This document shows, in pieces, positions 28,703 through 38,750 of a stretch of DNA of 64,000 bases. Both the position numbers and the translations under genes were made by a program. This DNA is from an uncultured Methanomassiliicoccales archaeon (lineage in GTDB: Archaea; Thermoplasmatota; Thermoplasmata; Methanomassiliicoccales; UBA472), in assembly GCA_963755265.1 (NCBI GenBank), contig CAVWKV010000093.1, forward strand, positions 2,772 through 66,771, written 5' to 3'. The stretch's first letter is position 1, and each line of letters starts with the position of its first letter. The notes under the pieces are model-generated. The model made no database searches and was not told where the DNA came from. It saw nothing but the letters and a program-made list of their open reading frames with translations.

Positions 28703-28957
28703 TCCGTCTGGGATGGCCTGGTCTCTTATCCGTCAACACCTATCGCGACCGTAATAGGTCTGCACACCCTCCTGAAACAGGTTGAAGAAGAACCTAAGGG
28801 TCCCAGCTAAGAGGGTTGTTAATTTCAAATGGACTGTGATCTACAAAGTTGTGATCGCCCGATTCCGTCTTGCCTGCAAAAGGACTGAGCTTGGCTCAGG
28901 CTCTTGAAAGCCACGCTATTGCTACGCGAATACTACTACCAGACAATTGTTCATTAT

Positions 28958-31705
28958 TCAACTGGATCCTGTTGTAGACTTCGTCACTGACTTCGATCCT
29001 GGTGGGTTAGTAATTAGGGGGATCGTGAAGAAGAACGTCGCCCCTTTCCCTTCATCCGACTCGACCCATATCCGTCCGTGATGCCGCTCGACGATTTTCT
29101 TTACTATGGCCAGGCCGACGCCTGTTCCAGGATATTCATTGATGCTATGCAACCTCTGGAACATCTGGAAGATCTTTTCCGCATATTGCATGTTGAAACC
29201 GATTCCATTGTCCTTTACCGAGAAGATCCATTCTCCAGATCCAGACGAAGCCGATATCCTTATCATCGGAGGTTCCGGACCATGGAACTTAATCGCATTG
29301 CTGATCAAGTTCTGCATCACCTGGACCATCTGCAGCTCGTCTGCAGTGATGGAGGGCAGTGGATCCATTTTGACCTCAGCTTTGTTCTCCTCTATGGGCA
29401 CCTTCAGAATGGTCAGTGCTTTCTCCACGACGTTCCCCATATCGACATTGTCGAGATCCCTCCCCTGGGTATCGATCCTGGAATATTGCAACAGGTCGTC
29501 AATCAGGGCCTTCATCCTCTTCCCGCCGCTGACGGCGAAGTCGATGTACTCTTTGGCCTCCGGGTCTAACTCGTTCCCGTATCGTCTCTCCAATAACGAC
29601 AGGTAGCTGATGACCATCCGAAGAGGCTCCTGCAGGTCATGGGACGCTACATAGGCGAACTGCTGGAGCTCGGTGTTGGACCGAGCCAGTTCATTGGTCC
29701 GCTTTACAACTTCCCGCTCGGTTTCCTTCTGTTCCGTGACATCATGGATGATCGAGTACAGAAGTGGCCGGCCTTGAACATGGATAACCCCGGAGTGCAC
29801 CTCCACATCCCGAACCACCCCGTTGGCCAGGCGATGGTGGAAATCGAATTTCCGTTTGTCCCCGGTAAGTGACTGGGCCATCTCCTCCTTAACTTTCTCC
29901 GGGTCCAGGGTATTGATCTCGTTGATGTTCATCTTCGTTAACTCTTCGAACGTATAACCGTAATACAATGAGGCGACATGGTTGACATCAACGATCTCCC
30001 CGGTCGATGGATCAATGACCAGCATGGGGGCGTGATTGTTCTCGAACAGGGATCGATAACGGGCCTCGCTCTCCTTCGTCGCCAACTCTGCCCGTTTGAT
30101 CTCGGTGATGTCTGTGACGGAATTGATGAAGTGGTCCTTGTCCAGCATGACCAATGATGAAATGTAATATCGTCCCGACCAATCGAAGTAGGTCTCACTT
30201 ACGATCTGCTCGCCGGTGGCCTTGAGCTTCTTCAACAAAGGAAGTCGCTCCTCGCGATTGTCGCGACCGAACAGTTCGGTCTCGTTCTTTCCCCGTACCT
30301 CTTCCAGACTTGTCTTTCCCAATAGATTCAATCCCGCTGGATTGGTGTCCTCGAGGGTCCAGTGTACGATCTCTCCCTGATCATCATACACGAATCTGTA
30401 TTTCGAAATCGGAGATTGGATGCCGTTGAAGAGCCCGCGGTAGTTTGCCTCACTTTCCTTCAGCGCATCCTCCATCAACTTACGTTCTGTATTGTCCTGT
30501 GCGACGACAAACGCGCTTTCCGGTTTTCCATTGTTGTATGTCACGGTCACGTTAAGCATGGCGTATACCTTTTTGCCATTCTTTGTCAAGACACCGAAGT
30601 CCACTGTAGGCTCGATGCTTTCGCCTGAAAGGAGCCTTCCAATCCTTTGTTTGAAACGCCACTTGCTCTCGTCATCCAGTATCTCGAACGGATTGATCGC
30701 GAGTAGTTCGTCTTCGGCGTAACCGAGTATCCGGCACATTGCGTCATTGACACTAGTGAATCTCACGATATGGTAATCGATCTCGAGTATACCGGTCGGA
30801 GCATACTTGAGGAGGGCTTTGGCCTTCTCCTCCGATCTTTTCAGAGCATCCTCGGCGTTCAACCTTTCGGTGATATCCTGGCCTTGCGCGATCGTCATGA
30901 GGACCTCTGTCGTATCCGGTGAATGCAGCGTCGCAGAGTTCCACAGAACGGTCTTGATTGCTCCGTCCTTTCGGCGTATCGGAATCTCGACGGAGTCCCA
31001 ATGCTCCCCCTTGCTGGTCCTTTCTATCTGGGTCATCGACGATTCTCTGGACCCTTCAGGGAACAGAGTGTCGAGAGGCTTCCCGATGACATCCGACGAA
31101 CGGTATCCAGTAAGATGTTCGAAGGCATGATTAAACCTGGATATCTTCAGTTTCGGGTCCCAAACGATTATTGGGGCATTGGCATAGGCAATGAGGGATT
31201 CCAGAATGTCCTTTGTCTCCCTTATTGCCTCTTCCTCTTTCTTGCGTTCGGTGATGTCGTCCCCGGAACTGATCGTACCAGTTATTATCCCGGCGTCATC
31301 CCGCAGGATCGCATTATGCCAAGCGATGAGCCGTTCCTGCCCGTTTGCGTCGAGGATCGGGGTCTCAAAATCAAGGCAAGCTCCCTCATTGGTGAAAAGT
31401 TGACGAAAAGCCTCTCGCACGCTCTCCTGACATCTACCAGGTATGAAATCGAACCAGCTCTTGCCTATCGGAATTTCAGTACAGCCGAAGATCTCACACC
31501 CTTTTTGGTTGAGGATCTCTATCTTTCCCTCAAGGTCTAGACCGAGTACTATGACCCCGACCAGGTCCAGGTAAGTCCTTACCTTGTCCCGTTCATCTCC
31601 AGGTACGTTCCGAGCCTGCTTAAACGAGTTGATGTCTAAATCTGGAGCTATGGAGCTATCTTTCCCTCGCGCAACAACTTGTCTTCCTTGTCCAGATCCT
31701 GGCAT
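28958..31705 (-). CDS. Multi-PAS sensor histidine kinase
   Basis: Five PAS/PAC repeats (DITE). H-box SHDLQEPLR, NLISNAIKF, DNGIG and GTGVGLAI. Confidence 0.95.
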   Translation of the reverse strand: MPGSGQGRQVVARGKDSSIAPDLDINSFKQARNVPGDERDKVRTYLDLVGVIVLGLDLEGKIEILNQKGCEIFGCTEIPIGKSWFDFIPGRCQESVREAFRQLFTNEGACLDFETPILDANGQERLIAWHNAILRDDAGIITGTISSGDDITERKKEEEAIRETKDILESLIAYANAPIIVWDPKLKISRFNHAFEHLTGYRSSDVIGKPLDTLFPEGSRESSMTQIERTSKGEHWDSVEIPIRRKDGAIKTVLWNSATLHSPDTTEVLMTIAQGQDITERLNAEDALKRSEEKAKALLKYAPTGILEIDYHIVRFTSVNDAMCRILGYAEDELLAINPFEILDDESKWRFKQRIGRLLSGESIEPTVDFGVLTKNGKKVYAMLNVTVTYNNGKPESAFVVAQDNTERKLMEDALKESEANYRGLFNGIQSPISKYRFVYDDQGEIVHWTLEDTNPAGLNLLGKTSLEEVRGKNETELFGRDNREERLPLLKKLKATGEQIVSETYFDWSGRYYISSLVMLDKDHFINSVTDITEIKRAELATKESEARYRSLFENNHAPMLVIDPSTGEIVDVNHVASLYYGYTFEELTKMNINEINTLDPEKVKEEMAQSLTGDKRKFDFHHRLANGVVRDVEVHSGVIHVQGRPLLYSIIHDVTEQKETEREVVKRTNELARSNTELQQFAYVASHDLQEPLRMVISYLSLLERRYGNELDPEAKEYIDFAVSGGKRMKALIDDLLQYSRIDTQGRDLDNVDMGNVVEKALTILKVPIEENKAEVKMDPLPSITADELQMVQVMQNLISNAIKFHGPEPPMIRISASSGSGEWIFSVKDNGIGFNMQYAEKIFQMFQRLHSINEYPGTGVGLAIVKKIVERHHGRIWVESDEGKGATFFFTIPLITNPPGSKSVTKSTTGSS

Positions 31706-32135
31706 AGTCCCTGGCTCGTCCTTTTCATTCGCCGTATCTAGATAATGTGGCCATAATCAACCTTCCATGTGAACGTCGATTGTTGTTGGATCATGATTCT
31801 ATTGTTAATGAACCGCTTTCAAAGAATCGTTGAAACAGAACTAGATTTCTCAATATTTTATTGTTACCTTAAAAGGAATATCAGATGGCGTGATAGGATT
31901 TGCCACATTTGATCTTTCAGCTGAGTAATCCAACGCCCGGCGAAGAAGAGGACTTTTCAGAGCCGGAATGGACCAGCAATGGCTAGAACAAGCCATGAAC
32001 GAGTTCGTCACTTTCGAGGATGTTCCCGGTTCTCGTCATGCTTCGAAGTGCGTATGGCTCAGGGCTTGCCCGTTCCGGAGCGGCCGTACTGTTCCAACCC
32101 GATCTTGGCGGCTCCTGCGCGCTCGGGATCAATTA

Positions 32136-32237
32136 CTATCTGGGATAGAAAATGATCGCCATGAGCACAATGAAAGCAATAATGGACAGGGCGAACACCA
32201 GAACGACCCATCCAGGAATGTCCCTAGATGATGCCAA
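32136..32237 (-). CDS. 33-aa single-TM microprotein (not in the ORF track)
   Basis: AGGGGATG RBS and TTG start. Sequence MASSRDIPGWVVLVFALSIIAFIVLMAIIFYPR. Confidence 0.5.
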   Translation of the reverse strand: MASSRDIPGWVVLVFALSIIAFIVLMAIIFYPR

Positions 32238-32253
32238 AGCACATCCCCTTTTG

Positions 32254-32364
32254 CTAGCCCATCATCCAACCGATCAGGAAGCACAATGCAATCGTTACGA
32301 TCAAGAAGACCATATACATCCTCTCGCCCAGGATGAAGTCCCTCAATCGCTCATAACCGTCCAT
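32254..32364 (-). CDS. 36-aa single-TM microprotein (not in the ORF track)
   Basis: MDGYERLRDFILGERMYMVFLIVTIALCFLIGWMMG. Confidence 0.5.
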   Translation of the reverse strand: MDGYERLRDFILGERMYMVFLIVTIALCFLIGWMMG

Positions 32365-32648
32365 GTTAGATGATCATCTTGAGCACAATTCAAACTTGTG
32401 AATATAATAAAAATAGAAAAAGTGGGTAAAGGCATTGTAAGGAGTTTCAGAGCGCCGTACTTACGCCGACCGGTAAACCTTGTCAATTCGGCCCGCGTTA
32501 CCGAGAGCGATACTGTATCTGTTACGGTAATCCAGTCGACGAAGGACTTCGATATCTGCCCGTCGACTGCAGCGCCCCCATAGGTTGATATCGGAATATA
32601 GTATTGCATTATTCAGCTTTGGGCATCAAAATCCAGGGAGCCCCGAGT

Positions 32649-32780
32649 TCAGGCAAGCATCCGGATCTTCTTCCATATCCATCTGACCACCTTGCTGCCG
32701 ATTATGCCCTCAAGCAATCCGAACGGGTATCCGATGGCCGCGCCCAATATCAGCATCGCCAGCGATTCTTCGAACGTCAT
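32649..32780 (-). CDS. 43-aa membrane microprotein with basic C-terminus
   Basis: MTFEESLAMLILGAAIGYPFGLLEGIIGSKVVRWIWKKIRMLA. TGATG coupling to the upstream gene. Confidence 0.55.
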   Translation of the reverse strand: MTFEESLAMLILGAAIGYPFGLLEGIIGSKVVRWIWKKIRMLA

Positions 32781-33085
32781 CAGGCGGCCACTCCTTTGTG
32801 CACCTTTATAATCTGATCCACCATAACGATCAAACCGAACGACAGCAGAATGCCCCAATCGAACCAAAGATCGACCCCGCGCGGGACATAGAACGTTCCC
32901 GGGGCGAAGAGTCCCTGATAAAGCATCCTCGAACCCTGCCCGATAGCCGATGCGGCTAGCATGATGTACAACAGTTGTTTTAGGCTAACGTTATGTCTGC
33001 TGTGTTCGTAATGGACATACCTTCCCTTCGCCATCACGCCGCTCACATTTTCTTTTTGTATGACATTCTGGGAAATTTCTTCCAT
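32780..33085 (-). CDS. Small two-TM membrane protein
   Basis: Two hydrophobic segments. Translationally coupled to the next ORF. Confidence 0.55.
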   Translation of the reverse strand: MEEISQNVIQKENVSGVMAKGRYVHYEHSRHNVSLKQLLYIMLAASAIGQGSRMLYQGLFAPGTFYVPRGVDLWFDWGILLSFGLIVMVDQIIKVHKGVAA

Positions 33086-33979
33086 GTGACGAACTTGAAT
33101 TATATGTTTATTAACAAAACCGTGACAGAATCATCATTGATTTTCATCTTTGCGAATAGCAGGCATGACTTTAGATATATTCTCATTTTGTTTTAATTTT
33201 CTATATAATAACAATACTCTATTGTTTTATTGCCATTTAGTTAGCTTTCGCCTGTCTCTCCTCATAATCAATATAAACCCCTCATTCTCTCGTCGATCTG
33301 CACCATTGAGGCTAGGGAAAAGAGAATGTGAGATCGAACTACGCAGTACTATTATAATCAGAAATGAACCGTTTCGGGAAACCTACTCCTTTTTGACATT
33401 ATTTTCCCAACTCCTTCTCGACCCCAACCAGCTTCTCGGCGATTTTCCGACCTTTTGGAGTCAAATCGATAGTCTTTGTATAAGGCGTGCGAAGATATTC
33501 CTGACAAAACCGAGGAATATTATCTCGGCATCCTTGATACGACGCTATTTATCCTCATTATGTGCCGGCGATAAATGAGAACCAGGAATTGATCGCGAAC
33601 CTCGAGAGGCTTATTTTCACGAGCAACGATATCCATTTGATCTAAGTTTGTCAAGGGCAATCCTAAGTTGAAGACTTGATTGTTTTTGTCGGTTCTATAT
33701 TTTAGTTCTTTAATCCTAGACTATGGTCCATCGAAATTGATACCATGGAAATGTTCCGGTCCTAGCATATCTGCTACAACAGAGAAAATAGCACACGCCT
33801 CTATCATGAAGAGACCCTCAATTAATGGACCGCCGGCTTTGAATTATCATCCGAGCTCCCACTCATGACCCGGATTCGTTGTTTAGGATCCATCCTCGCT
33901 TTCATGATTATCAGGTATTGATATTCAGCAAGTAGGGTACAATAATAATGATTCTTATTCGAATATCAGCGGGTGATGG

Positions 33980-34828
33980 TTGTCTTTGACGCATATCCTT
34001 CTGGTCGATGATGAACCGTTCCTGCTCGAGGTCGGGAAGGAGTTCCTCGAGTCTAGGCACGGAATGGACGTTGACACGGCAGGCTCTGCTGAGGAAGGTA
34101 TCGCCAGGTTCAACAAGATCGGACACGATGTCATCGTTTCCGATTTCCAAATGCCAGAGATGGACGGTATCGAGCTTCTAAAATATCTAAGGTCCAAAGA
34201 CGACCGTGTACCTTTCATTCTATTCACCGGAAGGGGACGAGAGGAGGTAGCTATCAGAGCCCTCAACCTCGGAGCCGATTATTATCTTAAGAAAGAGGGC
34301 GACGCCGCGACCCAGTATGTGGAATTGGCGAAGATGGTCGAGAGATCGACCGATCGACGGAAGCTGGAGGTCCAGTTGAAGGAGAAGACCGATCTTTTAG
34401 GGCACGCGGAGAAGATGGGGCGTATGGGATGCTGGGAATATGATTTCATAGCCAAAAGGTTCTGGTGCTCGGACGAAGTGCTTCAGATAATCCAGCAACC
34501 TGAATCATTCCTGACCGCATCGCTTCCGGAAAGTGTAGATCTGGTCGTGAAAGAGGATCGACCAAAGTTCATGTCAATGATCGAAACGGCGAAGTTCGAC
34601 GCTCAGTCCTCTTCCGATGTGATCCGTATATGGGTCAAGAGTGACCATATCAAGACGTGCGCCATCAAGATCCAGCCCGTAATCGATAATTCCGGGCGGG
34701 TATCCAAGATCATCAGCATCATTCAGGACATTACCGGAGATGAGATACAGGAACATCCTGTCATCGCGCTTCAAAAGCCCGGAATGGAGCCGTCGATCGT
34801 GAGCGCCAGCATGGGCATCATTCGTTAA
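33980..34828 (+). CDS. Response regulator receiver plus PAS domain protein
   Basis: ILLVDDE, VSDFQMPEMDG, FTGRG and GADYY, followed by a PAS-like domain ending QDITG. Confidence 0.9.
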   Translation: MSLTHILLVDDEPFLLEVGKEFLESRHGMDVDTAGSAEEGIARFNKIGHDVIVSDFQMPEMDGIELLKYLRSKDDRVPFILFTGRGREEVAIRALNLGADYYLKKEGDAATQYVELAKMVERSTDRRKLEVQLKEKTDLLGHAEKMGRMGCWEYDFIAKRFWCSDEVLQIIQQPESFLTASLPESVDLVVKEDRPKFMSMIETAKFDAQSSSDVIRIWVKSDHIKTCAIKIQPVIDNSGRVSKIISIIQDITGDEIQEHPVIALQKPGMEPSIVSASMGIIR

Positions 34829-34843
34829 TACGGCAATTCCATA

Positions 34844-35305
34844 TTATTCCACATTCTTTCCGAGCGATAAGGTGGCATTGAACCGCTCATTGAGGGAGAC
34901 AAGGATGTTTCGCAGACGGACAATGACCTCGTCCATCTCCTCCATACCCATTGGTTTTAGCAGGTAAGCATCGGCCCCATACATGCGGGACCGTTTGATG
35001 TCCTCGATGGAACTGGAGCCCGAGCACATGGCGATATAGGTATTGGCTTTTGTAGCATAGTCTTTGATAGAAACCAAGACCTCGTGTCCGTTCTTCTTAG
35101 GGAGATTGATATCCAATAGGACAAGGTCAGGTGCCGGCCTATCTCCCTTTGCGGCGCTATCCATCATTTCGATGGCCTTCTCCCCATCCCCTACCAGGAT
35201 GATCTGGGTGGGCAATCCGGTTTCTTCCACTAGAGCACTGACCAAGCGGGCGTCGGCCTTATTGTCCTCTACGATCAGGACACACATCGGGCGTTGTTTG
35301 GGCAT
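34844..35305 (-). CDS. Single-domain response regulator (Rcp1/CheY-like)
   Basis: LIVEDN, PDLVLLDINLPKKNG and YLLKP. Confidence 0.9.
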   Translation of the reverse strand: MPKQRPMCVLIVEDNKADARLVSALVEETGLPTQIILVGDGEKAIEMMDSAAKGDRPAPDLVLLDINLPKKNGHEVLVSIKDYATKANTYIAMCSGSSSIEDIKRSRMYGADAYLLKPMGMEEMDEVIVRLRNILVSLNERFNATLSLGKNVE

Positions 35306-35614
35306 TTTTCTCGACTCCCCTTCCATCAATCTAACTTGTCGAACCTCTATGATGACCCGATTCTCGGGATAACGGGACCGATCTATGGATCGAGAAAGAC
35401 CCATATCGGAACGCTTCATTGTCGCACTGAGATAGATAGACAGAGCCATCTGTATTTGAATGAGCGGACAGTTTTCAGCGGGCAAGGCATGCGACTTGTC
35501 CCAGAATTTTGGTTTCGTATGACCTCCAACCTTTTGGTCGAGCGGAATCGAGGCGTGATTTCCGATTCATACCCAAACGATGCATATATTGAGATCGGCA
35601 GGGTTCCACGTTTC

Positions 35615-36046
35615 CTATCTCGACCCCTCGGACATGTTCGAGATCCCGTTCAACCTTTGATTGCATAGTGTGGACCATTCACATACACCGCATACTTCTT
35701 CAATGTCCCTCAGGACTGACAATCTATCTTCCACCAGTGAACGCAGAAGGGAGGAGCTTCGTATCTCGCCCTCAGCTAGACCTAAATATTCCAATGTTGC
35801 CCGGTCCTTTCTCACTACCGACTCATTGAAATCACAAACACCATTCTTGACGTGCGGACATGCCTTACATATTTCATCGCATCCTGTCAAAAGACGAACC
35901 GAGGATTCCGTATCGTCGAATTTTGCGATCACGTAACGCATCTGGAGAACAGATCTGTCATCGTAGCCCTTCCCCGTAAACATGCGAATGCAGAGGAGAT
36001 GATGCGGCCTGAGATTGATGATCATATCGGTTGAGTTCATATCCAA
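35615..36046 (-). CDS. DUF1284 family protein
   Basis: LRPHHLLC...GKGY...DEICKACP...CGVCEW. Confidence 0.85.
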   Translation of the reverse strand: MDMNSTDMIINLRPHHLLCIRMFTGKGYDDRSVLQMRYVIAKFDDTESSVRLLTGCDEICKACPHVKNGVCDFNESVVRKDRATLEYLGLAEGEIRSSSLLRSLVEDRLSVLRDIEEVCGVCEWSTLCNQRLNGISNMSEGSR

Positions 36047-36833
36047 GTCACACCCCTATGCACCCGTTCTGGATCTTCGTGAATTGCTAGGTCTGTTGTT
36101 CCGAGAGTGAGCTGGAAGCTATGTTCCAAAGCAATGCGACTACGATGTTTCTCCTGGTAGAGCTCGATCATCTTTGATGTCAGACCCATGGTGATCATCA
36201 CGGCCTTTTTTCCAATATTGAGTGATTCCCCGCCATCCCGGAGGTATCACTTTCGTAGTATGTGGTTGCAGCGGTGAGCGAATCGAATTTGATGATATGC
36301 ACATTAAGTGTTTCCGTTGGTCATTCAATACTTCTGAGGCCTGGACGTCAGAACTGGTCACTGTGTCGGTCCAACCGTTTTCCAACGAATCGGATGAAAG
36401 AACGACCACTGTCTGTGTATTTGTCCTACTTGACTTATGACTTGATTCGCCTTGAGTAACGGGGCGATCTTCTTGTGCGGGGAGAACAGTCCCGGATATC
36501 TGGATATTCGTGGATCCTATCATCCCATCGGCATAAGTTCTTCCTATCTCTGTCATGGTCTTTGATTTCCTCTTGATTCTGTTCTTGTTTACAATAAAAT
36601 ATCGATCTGAATGATTCAATTCTTTGAATGGAAGAGATTGTTTTTCGTTCCGGAGAGCGATTTATGCAATTATCTACATGACATCCATCACCTCCCAAAT
36701 TCAACCATAACACGGCCAAGATGGCAAGGTTAATCCAATCGATAACACAAACGGCACTGCTGTTGATCCCGCTGCTCACTGAAGACGCTTGGCGAAACCG
36801 ACTTCGATCCTTGGACGTGACCCCATCCTAGAT

Positions 36834-36876
36834 AAAAAAACGGGGAGGCGTCCTGCCGACGCGGTCCTCGTTTTCC
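36834..36876 (-). terminator. Hairpin plus oligo-T terminator after ftsZ
   Basis: Minus strand reads GAAAACGAGGACCGCGTC...GACGCCTCCCCGTTTTTTT. Confidence 0.6.
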
Positions 36877-36882
36877 GCCAGT

Positions 36883-38121
36883 TCAACGTACAGAGTCTAT
36901 ATCGTCGTCGCGCTGCCTGGATTGCTGGTACTGCTGCGGTTGAGGTGACGGGTTGCGCGCATATTGCGGCCCGCCTCTGGGGGTTTGAGCGGCGCCGCCG
37001 AATCCCCGTCCGTCGAGCATGTACTGGCTCTTCGCGCCGGTTATGATCAGCAGGATCTTGATCGTTCCGGTGAGATTGGGCTCTATTGAACATCCCCATA
37101 TGATCCGGGCCCTTTCACTGACCGCTCCGCCAACGATCTCTGCCGCCCTCTGGGCCTCCCCAACGGTCATGTCCGGTCCACCGACCACTCGGATCAGGAC
37201 GCCTTTGGCGCCTTTTAGGTCTACTTCTCCCAGCATCGGTGAGGTAAGTGCCTCATGGACAGCCGCTCCAACCCTGTCATCGGAATCAGTGCTTGCCTCG
37301 CCGATTCCTACGAATGCCACACCGCCCTCGTTCATGACGGTCTGGATATCGGCATAGTCCAGGTTGACCAGGCCCGGCTTGGTGATGATCTCGGTCAGAC
37401 CCTTGATGGTCTGCATCAGTACCTCGTCGGCCACTTTGAACGCCGCTTCGACCGGCAACTTCGGGACCATTTCCAAAAGCTTGTCGTTCGGCACAACGAT
37501 GGTCGTGTCGCAGACCTGTCTCAGCTTGTTCAATCCGGACAGGGCATTCTCCATGCGCACGGTCCCTTCGGCCTTGAACGGCAACGTCACGATACCGAGG
37601 GTCAATGCCCGGATCTGCTCCTTGGCGATTCCGGCGACATAGTGGGCCGAGCCAGTTCCTGTCCCGCCCCCCATGCCTGCGGTGACGAACACGATGTTTG
37701 CGCCATTCAAGAAGTCGCGGATCTCGTTGTCGTTTTCACGGGCGGATTCCTCTCCGACCTCCGGCCTCGCCCCTGCGCCCAGACCCTTGGTCTTTGACTT
37801 GCCGATAAGGATCTTCTTCGGGGCGCGGATGGTAAGCAGGTGCTTGGCATCGGTGTTTATCGCACAGAGTTGTGCTCCGCTGATGCCGGCATCGACGCAT
37901 CTGTTGATGGTGTTGCAGCCGCCACCGCCGCATCCGATAATCTTGATACAGACATCCAATGAAGCCGCGATCCGTAGCAGTTCCTCATCCGACGAACTTA
38001 CGACAGTCGCGGCCGGTTGGTAAGCCAGCTGAGCCGGTGACTGTTGGTTTCCCATGCTTTCGTTCGCTGGTTGCTTTACTCCAGCGTTAGCTAGCGCTTC
38101 CTTTATAAAAGAACTTGGCAT
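36883..38121 (-). CDS. ftsZ: Cell division protein FtsZ
   Basis: [19 protein letters not shown] and VNLDYAD. GAGGGATG RBS before the ATG at 38121. Confidence 0.96.
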   Translation of the reverse strand: MPSSFIKEALANAGVKQPANESMGNQQSPAQLAYQPAATVVSSSDEELLRIAASLDVCIKIIGCGGGGCNTINRCVDAGISGAQLCAINTDAKHLLTIRAPKKILIGKSKTKGLGAGARPEVGEESARENDNEIRDFLNGANIVFVTAGMGGGTGTGSAHYVAGIAKEQIRALTLGIVTLPFKAEGTVRMENALSGLNKLRQVCDTTIVVPNDKLLEMVPKLPVEAAFKVADEVLMQTIKGLTEIITKPGLVNLDYADIQTVMNEGGVAFVGIGEASTDSDDRVGAAVHEALTSPMLGEVDLKGAKGVLIRVVGGPDMTVGEAQRAAEIVGGAVSERARIIWGCSIEPNLTGTIKILLIITGAKSQYMLDGRGFGGAAQTPRGGPQYARNPSPQPQQYQQSRQRDDDIDSVR

Positions 38122-38393
38122 AGTGCATCCCTCTAAACTGGTATAATCATTCCAGATATAAATATTGATGATATGTAAAATAAACTGGTCGGTCAAAATC
38201 GACAATCATCGGCATTAGAATGAATGATGGATGGGCGGATTGTTTATCGATTGGCGACAGGCCTGGCAACGAAATGTTAAGAACATGTTATACGAACATT
38301 GCATGATCCGCCCTAATATTTTATTTTGATAATTAGCGCAAAGTTGGCATATACTTAGAATTCGGATTTTTCAATGCTGCAGAAGGTGAGAAT

Positions 38394-38576
38394 ATGGAAG
38401 CATCCCAGAGACAGATGAAAAGATTGGGCCAAAACACGCGTCAGGAAGCTGATATCATTCGTTCCTGCAGCAATTGCCTTTTTTTAAGGAACTGTTCTGC
38501 TGCCAGAAAGGAACTGTGCAAAGTCAGCCCAGACCGAAAGCAAGGAAACTTCATTGAATGGAGATCTCGTAGATGA
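38394..38576 (+). CDS. Small Cys-containing hypothetical protein
   Basis: AGGTGA RBS and a CxxC-x5-C-x7-C pattern. Confidence 0.45.
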   Translation: MEASQRQMKRLGQNTRQEADIIRSCSNCLFLRNCSAARKELCKVSPDRKQGNFIEWRSRR

Positions 38577-38750
38577 GGTCTCCATGTGATCAGAACAATT
38601 AGACTTATCCTCAACCAATAGGTGAAAAATCCCCCTGGAATCTCCACAAGAGTAATATTGACAAGCGTGGAGGATTAGGATGTCGTAAGACTTTTAGAAA
38701 GTATATTGAATCATTCCGTGCACTTGGCCCATAACAGAGGTTATACACTA

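Noticed and set aside
33150..33578. 142-aa ORF in an AT-rich spacer
   Set aside because: TTG start, F/L/I/S-biased composition typical of non-coding AT-rich DNA, and no motif.
36140..36779. 159-aa and 114-aa minus-strand ORFs
   Set aside because: They overlap each other and have no motifs. They may be decayed sequence but cannot be assigned.
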